A stretch of 45,321 nt of DNA from an uncultured Ruminiclostridium sp. (GTDB lineage Bacteria; Bacillota; Clostridia; Oscillospirales; Ruminococcaceae), in assembly GCA_964389845.1 (NCBI GenBank), contig CAYMFX010000002.1, forward strand, positions 1-45,321. Direction: 5' to 3'. Positions within the stretch are counted from its first letter, which is position 1. The number at the start of each line of letters is the position of its first letter. The notes below the pieces were generated by a model. The model did not search any database. It saw only the letters and a list, made by a program, of their open reading frames with translations, and was not told where the DNA came from. Shown here piece after piece: positions 39,686 to 45,321 of the stretch. A program made the position numbers and the translations under genes.

Positions 39686-40969
39686 CTAATTAAAAAAGTA
39701 ATCGTAAACGCAGTTTATACACTCGTCAAGTATGTGGAACACATCGTTATTCGGGTTTGAGCCGATGTAGCAGCCGTTAGTGCAAATCGCAACACCGGTG
39801 TGATTGGCGGGGTCATAATACAAGCCGCAGACATTTCCGTAAGCGCTTCCCGAATGCCCGAAAATTCTGTGTCCCTCCACAAGGTTGCCTTCATATATTC
39901 TGGTTGAAAGTCCAACGTCGAAGGACAGCTCCCCGCTGTGATAATACGGGGTATTGATAAGGTCTACCGCCTCCCTGCTGAGTATGCGCACTCCGTCGAC
40001 AGTGCCGTCTCCCGAAATTACGATTCCTAACCTTGCTAAATTTTTGGACGATATAAGAAGCTCGCACTGAGCATTAAGATAGCTGTTTCCTAAACCGAAG
40101 GATTCATAATAGCTTGTCGACCTGCCCCATGTTTTGGGGGAAATTCTTAAAGCTCCGCCGCTGTAAATATTAGCGCAGTTTTGTCGGTTGTCAAGCATAT
40201 TTGCACAGTATGCGGCGTCCATGTCCAGCTTTGAAAACAGCACGCGGTCGGCAAAGTCGTGGAAATACTCTCCCGTGACAAGCTCCGCAATAGAGCCGAC
40301 GGTACCCGCTCCGAAGTTTGTATAAAGATATTGGGTTCCCGGCTTATAGCCAAGATTCGATTTTTCCAAAACATATGAGGTGCTGTAATATTTTGACGGA
40401 GATTCATTGTATGCAGTGCCATCCACAAGTCCGGCGGTATGAGTAAGCAAATGCCACAGCAGTACCCGTTCATTGTCCGCAGAAGAATTATAGGGCAGCC
40501 CCGTAAGCTCCTCCAAATCGGTATAGGGGTCAAGCTTTCCCTCGTCATAAAGCGTCATCAGCGCCATTGCGGATACCAGCTTGGAGACGCTTGCCACACG
40601 GTATACCGTATTATGGTCGCAGGGGATTCCTTGTTCCTTATCCGCTGTTCCACGGTTAATTTCATATATCACTTTCCCGTCGGCGAAAACGCATAGTCCC
40701 ATGCCCACAGTGTCGTTGTCCTCGATACATTTGTCAATTTGAGCTTCAAAGCTTTTATAATCAATATTTTCCTTAACAGGACTCAAAACCGCTTCGGTTG
40801 TAACAGCGGGAGCGGTCTCCTCTTGGGAAGTGCTTACAGTGCTTATTTCCTCGGATGTAATAATCTCCGAAATATCGGTATCGGTTTTTGTTATAGAAGA
40901 TTGTTCATCGTCAATTTTTGTGCATGAGCATAGTATGAAGGGTATTAAAAGCAGCACAAGCTTTTTCAT
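39686..40969 (-). CDS. Serine hydrolase, beta-lactamase/PBP-like lipoprotein
   Basis: SxxK (ASVSK), LLTHTAG, YTN and GHSG. Lipobox LCSC. ATG 40969 follows AGGAGG. Confidence 0.88.
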   Translation of the reverse strand: MKKLVLLLIPFILCSCTKIDDEQSSITKTDTDISEIITSEEISTVSTSQEETAPAVTTEAVLSPVKENIDYKSFEAQIDKCIEDNDTVGMGLCVFADGKVIYEINRGTADKEQGIPCDHNTVYRVASVSKLVSAMALMTLYDEGKLDPYTDLEELTGLPYNSSADNERVLLWHLLTHTAGLVDGTAYNESPSKYYSTSYVLEKSNLGYKPGTQYLYTNFGAGTVGSIAELVTGEYFHDFADRVLFSKLDMDAAYCANMLDNRQNCANIYSGGALRISPKTWGRSTSYYESFGLGNSYLNAQCELLISSKNLARLGIVISGDGTVDGVRILSREAVDLINTPYYHSGELSFDVGLSTRIYEGNLVEGHRIFGHSGSAYGNVCGLYYDPANHTGVAICTNGCYIGSNPNNDVFHILDECINCVYDYFFN

Positions 40970-40996
40970 ATATGTAGCCTCCTGTCGCATTATGTC

Positions 40997-41058
40997 AATT
41001 ATACCACCGCAAATTTTAAAATGCAATATATAAGGCGTTTTTGTAACCTTATTGTAAC
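40997..41058 (-). promoter_or_regulatory. Promoter of the envelope operon with upstream WalR/OmpR-type box
   Basis: Minus strand TTGCAT-N17-TATAAT with TG. TGTAAC-N5-TGTAAC at 41042-41058 (plus strand). Confidence 0.55.
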
Positions 41059-41172
41059 CTTTTGAAAAGCGGTATGCCATAATTCGGCAAATACAGTACA
41101 GACCGTTACATCAAAATTAACAAATTCTCTATCCAAAAGTTAAATAAAACCGACAAAACATCTTTTCAGCTA

Positions 41173-41225
41173 TTGACAAATGTAAACGATTACGTTATAA
41201 TTCTACTGTAATGTAATCGATTACT
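41173..41225 (+). promoter_or_regulatory. Consensus sigma-A promoter with two LacI/CcpA-type operators
   Basis: TTGACA-N17-TATAAT (41173-41201). TGTAAACGATTAC lies in the spacer and the perfect palindrome GTAATCGATTAC is at 41213-41224. Confidence 0.75.
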
Positions 41226-41253
41226 TAATTTTTTTTGGGAAAGGCAGAGAACA

Positions 41254-42468
41254 ATGAAAATGCAAAAATTTAGAGCGGCTTCTTTGATAATTTCGGCATT
41301 AACGGCGGTATCCGTAATTTTTTCGGGCTGTAATAACGGTACTGACCAACCGACAGATACAAATACGGGTTCAAGCATATCCGCCGAGAATACCGCAAAG
41401 CCCGCCGAAATGAGGGACATAACCTCAACCGAGCTGGTAAAGGAAATGAAAATAGGCTGGAATCTTGGCAACACCCTTGACGTTTGTCAGGCGGATCGCA
41501 ACGGAGACGGCAAGTTAGACGAGCATGCCGAGGAGGGCGAGGAGGTAGATGAAACCCTGTGGGGCAACGTGATGACCACTCCCGAATTGTTTGATAAGCT
41601 TAAGGCTGACGGTGTGAATGCTGTGCGTCTGCCCGTCACATGGAGAGATCACCTTGACGATGACGACAATATTAAGGAAAGCTGGATGAACAGGGTTCAG
41701 GAGGTAGTCGATTATGCTATTGACAGAGGGTTTTATGTTATCATCAATATGCACCATGACGGCGGCGGCGACCCCAAATTCGGCGCATGGATAATTGAGA
41801 CGGCAAAGAGCGATTACGATAAGTTTTACGCTCGCTACAGCAAAATGTGGAAGCAAATTGCCGAAAGGTTTAAGGACTATTCGGATCACCTTATTTTTGA
41901 ATCAATGAACGAGGTGGGCTTCGACGGTTATTCGGGCGATTACGACCTGCTGAATAAAATCAATCAGGATTTTGTAAACATAATCCGTGAAACGGGAGGA
42001 AACAATCCCAAACGTCATTTATTGATTGCGGGCTATTGGACGGACGTTGCAAAAACCTGCGACCCTGCCTTTAAAATGCCCGAGGACAAGATAGCCGATC
42101 ACCTTATTGTTTCCGTTCACTATTACACGCCTTACGAGTTTTGCGGTGCGGGAACACAAAAAACCTGGGGCAGCAGCTCCGAGGTTAAGCTTATGGAAAG
42201 CAAGATGAACCAGATGAAGAAAACCTTTGTTGATAAGGGCATTCCCTTTGTTATCGGCGAATATTCCGGCGGTGGCGCAGCAAATGAGTTCATCTATTTC
42301 AGCGAGTATCTCACCAAGCTTTGCCACGATATGGGCGCTTGCTGTTTCTTATGGGACAACGGAGGAAATCTGAACCGCAAGGATCTTACATGGAGAGTAC
42401 CGGGGCTTATGGAGGCTCTGAAAAAAGCGACCTCAGGCGAGGATTATCAGGTTACTAAGGGAGAATAA
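41254..42468 (+). CDS. Glycoside hydrolase family 5 (endoglucanase-like) lipoprotein
   Basis: GWNLGNTLD, VRLPVTW, INMHHD, FESMNE (acid/base), SVHYY, IGEY (nucleophile) and LWDNG. Lipobox FSGC. Confidence 0.92.
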   Translation: MKMQKFRAASLIISALTAVSVIFSGCNNGTDQPTDTNTGSSISAENTAKPAEMRDITSTELVKEMKIGWNLGNTLDVCQADRNGDGKLDEHAEEGEEVDETLWGNVMTTPELFDKLKADGVNAVRLPVTWRDHLDDDDNIKESWMNRVQEVVDYAIDRGFYVIINMHHDGGGDPKFGAWIIETAKSDYDKFYARYSKMWKQIAERFKDYSDHLIFESMNEVGFDGYSGDYDLLNKINQDFVNIIRETGGNNPKRHLLIAGYWTDVAKTCDPAFKMPEDKIADHLIVSVHYYTPYEFCGAGTQKTWGSSSEVKLMESKMNQMKKTFVDKGIPFVIGEYSGGGAANEFIYFSEYLTKLCHDMGACCFLWDNGGNLNRKDLTWRVPGLMEALKKATSGEDYQVTKGE

Positions 42469-42492
42469 AGAAATTCACCTTTTGATAAGTTT

Positions 42493-42549
42493 AGGCGGCG
42501 ACTTAGAATTATCGGAAAAGCATTGACTGATAATTCTAAGGCGCCGCCT
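42493..42549. terminator. Long hairpin between convergent genes, probable bidirectional terminator
   Basis: AGGCGGCG-A-CTTAGAATTATC ... GATAATTCTAAG-G-CGCCGCCT. Confidence 0.7.
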
Positions 42550-42580
42550 TGAATTTGATTTACTTTTTCAGAATAACATT

Positions 42581-43597
42581 TTAAGCGGCGGGCGCAGCAA
42601 AGAGATAAACGAAATACACCGCATACAGCGCTAACATAATCACTCCGCCTAATCTGCTGATTCTCTTATTCTTTAATGTCAGAAGCCATAGTACAACGGC
42701 GGCGGCTATTGCAGCAGCAGCGTCGATTATGAATGAGCTTTTGAACTGAATGGCGGAGGGAGAAACGAGAGCGGAAATACCTACTACAAAGAGAATGTTA
42801 AAGATATTGCTGCCTATAATATTTCCTATTGCAATATCCACCTTGTTTTTCCTTGCAGCCTGAATGCAGGTTACAAGCTCGGGAAGGGAAGTGCCGAACG
42901 CCACAATTGTAAGACCGATTATTCTGTCGTCCAAGCCTGCAATTTCGGCAATCTTAGTTGCGCCGCTGACGGTAAAGTCGCTGCCCAACACAACCATAGC
43001 AAGTCCCAATATTACAAACAGTATCATCTTAGGGATAGAGGCGTTCTTATCAATTTCGGGCACGTCGTCGGCAAAGGAGCTGTCGCCGCTTTTTGAGAGC
43101 TTGAACAAATAAAACATAAACGCCGCAAAAAGGAGCGCAAATATAACTCCGTCAAGCCTGTCGATGCTCCCGCCCAAAACGCCGAGCAAAAGCATAACCG
43201 CCGTTATGAATATAACAAAGGGAATCTCATAGCGAAAGGTCGTCTTTTTAACGGGAAGCCTGCATATAATGGCGGAAATGCCAAGAATCAGCAGTATGTT
43301 CATAATGTTGCTGCCTAAAACGTTTCCCACCGCTATTCCCGCATTGTTCTGCACTGCCGAGGTTATGCTGATAGCCGCTTCCGGTGCGCTTGTGCCGAAT
43401 GCCACTATGGTAAGACCGATAACTATCAGCGGCACATTGAGCTTGGCGGCAATCTGTGAGGCGCTGTCCACAAAGATGTCCGCTCCCTTTATGAGTCCGA
43501 TAAAGCCTATTATTAAGAACACAACGGATATTAAAACGTTAATGATATTCCCGCCGCCCATGGCCTCGCTCAGCTTGTTTAAAATAAAATCAGTCAT
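42581..43597 (-). CDS. Calcium/sodium antiporter (CaCA, YrbG-like)
   Basis: Two alpha repeats GTSAPE...GSNI and GTSLPE...GSNIFN, about 10 TM helices. Confidence 0.92.
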   Translation of the reverse strand: MTDFILNKLSEAMGGGNIINVLISVVFLIIGFIGLIKGADIFVDSASQIAAKLNVPLIVIGLTIVAFGTSAPEAAISITSAVQNNAGIAVGNVLGSNIMNILLILGISAIICRLPVKKTTFRYEIPFVIFITAVMLLLGVLGGSIDRLDGVIFALLFAAFMFYLFKLSKSGDSSFADDVPEIDKNASIPKMILFVILGLAMVVLGSDFTVSGATKIAEIAGLDDRIIGLTIVAFGTSLPELVTCIQAARKNKVDIAIGNIIGSNIFNILFVVGISALVSPSAIQFKSSFIIDAAAAIAAAVVLWLLTLKNKRISRLGGVIMLALYAVYFVYLFAAPAA

Positions 43598-45015
43598 TGC
43601 TTCTCCTTGCTGTTCTTTAATACATTATTATGCCGCTTGCGTATTTTACGGGCGGCGTTTTTTCTTATTTTTTCATTTCTTGCAGCCTGTTTTTTTATAA
43701 GCTTCTCTTCTTTTGTTATACGCTTTGCTTTGACCTTTATCGTATGCTTTGGACGCAAGGGCTTGTCCTCGTGGAAAATGTCGCCGTATTTCAATTTGTA
43801 CACCTTTTTGGCGTCACGGGGAAGCTTTTTATACATCAGCTTACGGTTGTATTCCTTAATAGCCTCGTCGTAGACGGTGAGAAGCTTTTCGGCAATGGAT
43901 TTGGTTCCCGAGGCGACAATGGATTCTCTCGACACGGATTTCAGTTTATCCAATTCCTCTTTGGACAGAGATTTCAGATGCTTCATATGCTCATACATTT
44001 CATCGGCATTGCGGAAGAAGAAGCCGTTTATTCCCTCCTCAATCTGGTCGGCGTTAAGCTCGTCACGAATTGTAAGTACAGGCATTCCTGTTGCTTGTCC
44101 TTCCATCATTGAAATAGAATGACATTCGGTAAGAGAAGCGGTAATGTAGCAGTCACAGGCGGCGTAATACGGCGGTATGTCCTTGTGTTCAACTCTGTCG
44201 GTAAAGATTACGGTATCGGATACGCCGAGCTTTTGTGAAAGCTCTCTGAATTCTTCAAGCTGAGGTCCGCCGCCTATCAGCAGAAGCTTCATTCCGTCTT
44301 CAGCCTTAACGTTTTTCGACCAAAATTCAAGGAGAGTTTCAATATTCTTTTCCTGACCCATTCTTCCGCAAAAGCAGAAAACAAGGTCGCTGTCGGAAAG
44401 CCCGTATTTGTCGCGTACCGCCTTGATTTTTTCCTTATCAACCGAGTAGCGGTTAAATACGTCGGTTTCCACCGAGTTGGGAATAACCGTAATAGCTTTG
44501 TTTACCCCGCAGCGGCGGAAGTATTCCTCAACCTTCTTAGAGGGACCCGTAATTGCGCTTGCGGCAGTGGCAAGAACCTTTGCGTACTTGTGGGAAGCGG
44601 AGGTGAGCAATTTTCTTGTAGGCTCGTTATTTGCCACATAATAAACGTAATCGTCATACATAGTGTGCATGGTGTACACCAAGGGAACCTTCAGCATTCT
44701 TGCGATTATGACTCCCGAAAGACCTATGCCAAACTCATTGTGTATATGAATAACGTCGGGGTTGAAATCCTTGATAAGCTTAAGCCTGTCCGTACTTATG
44801 GGGGAAGCGACATCATAGCCGTATATTTTTTCGAGCCTTATTGCAGGACAGTAAAGTATATCCTTTGAGGCTTGCGTCTTTTTAACATTTGAGTCGGCAG
44901 TGACAATAATTGCCTTGTGTCCTAACTGTTCAAGTCCTTCCTTAAGGGTTTTTACATGGGTAACCACTCCGTTTACTGCCGGCAGATAAACCTCGGTAAA
45001 TAATGCAACTCTCAT
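43594..45015 (-). CDS. Glycosyltransferase family 4 (diacylglycerol glucosyltransferase-like) with basic C-terminal tail
   Basis: FTEVYLPAVNGVVT, DVIHIHNEFGIG, YTMHTMYDDYVYY, GRMGQEKN and ASLTECHSISMMEG. Confidence 0.88.
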   Translation of the reverse strand: MRVALFTEVYLPAVNGVVTHVKTLKEGLEQLGHKAIIVTADSNVKKTQASKDILYCPAIRLEKIYGYDVASPISTDRLKLIKDFNPDVIHIHNEFGIGLSGVIIARMLKVPLVYTMHTMYDDYVYYVANNEPTRKLLTSASHKYAKVLATAASAITGPSKKVEEYFRRCGVNKAITVIPNSVETDVFNRYSVDKEKIKAVRDKYGLSDSDLVFCFCGRMGQEKNIETLLEFWSKNVKAEDGMKLLLIGGGPQLEEFRELSQKLGVSDTVIFTDRVEHKDIPPYYAACDCYITASLTECHSISMMEGQATGMPVLTIRDELNADQIEEGINGFFFRNADEMYEHMKHLKSLSKEELDKLKSVSRESIVASGTKSIAEKLLTVYDEAIKEYNRKLMYKKLPRDAKKVYKLKYGDIFHEDKPLRPKHTIKVKAKRITKEEKLIKKQAARNEKIRKNAARKIRKRHNNVLKNSKEKQ

Positions 45016-45321
45016 AGCTTTTTTCCTCTTATTTCATTTTAAAACCGGTTAGACGGTTTTCTATTTCTAATCAGTTCATATTTCACAGTTCTTTAGCTGC
45101 GCCAAATTATCGGCGTATTATTATTTTACTCTATTTTGGCAAAAATATCAAGTAGCAAATAGGCTCCTTGGTAAGCTTTGCTAAAAAAATTACGAAAAAT
45201 ATTTGATTGTGTCAATTCACATAAACAAAAGAGGACAGCATACGCTGCCCCCGATTATTAATACTTTTTCTTAATTAAAAAATACATTTTTTTAATTACC
45301 CTTGCCTACGGCAAGGGTGCG

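Noticed and set aside
39686-40969. Calling the serine hydrolase an antibiotic-resistance beta-lactamase
   Set aside because: The motifs are shared by many esterases and peptidases, and the context suggests envelope metabolism.

Overview
A 45 kb chromosomal segment from a Clostridia bacterium, probably Oscillospiraceae/Ruminococcus-like (inferred from gene content, Firmicutes-type RBS/sigma-A promoters and Spo0A/CwlD-like genes). It is mostly housekeeping: end of a purine operon (transformylase-only purH, hemerythrin, purD), RHH-protein + clpB, mscL, ACT/PFL-like pair, pyrG-ppk1-polA-LMW-PTP-rimI, nth, cwlD-like amidase-radA, and a PocR hybrid kinase phosphorelay. It ends in a cell-envelope/glycan operon (serine hydrolase, CapA, NAGPA, GT2, two ribofuranosyltransferase-like proteins), a GH5 lipoprotein, a Ca/Na antiporter and a GT4. 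Accessory signals: (i) several families of TA-bounded palindromic non-coding elements, including three diverged copies of an ERIC/RPE-like element and a ~450 bp TIR-bounded element with a GC-rich pseudoknot/switch-like core; (ii) a patch of mobile-element debris (IS630 orfA and conjugation-protein fragments joined at a perfect 24 bp palindrome) before an orphan Spo0A DNA-binding domain; (iii) an AT-rich secreted-protein + membrane-protein pair resembling a bacteriocin/immunity module; (iv) a full-length and a phosphatase-less glycan phosphoribosyltransferase-like protein side by side. No rRNA, tRNA, CRISPR array or intact transposase was seen. All family calls come from motif recognition, not database searches.
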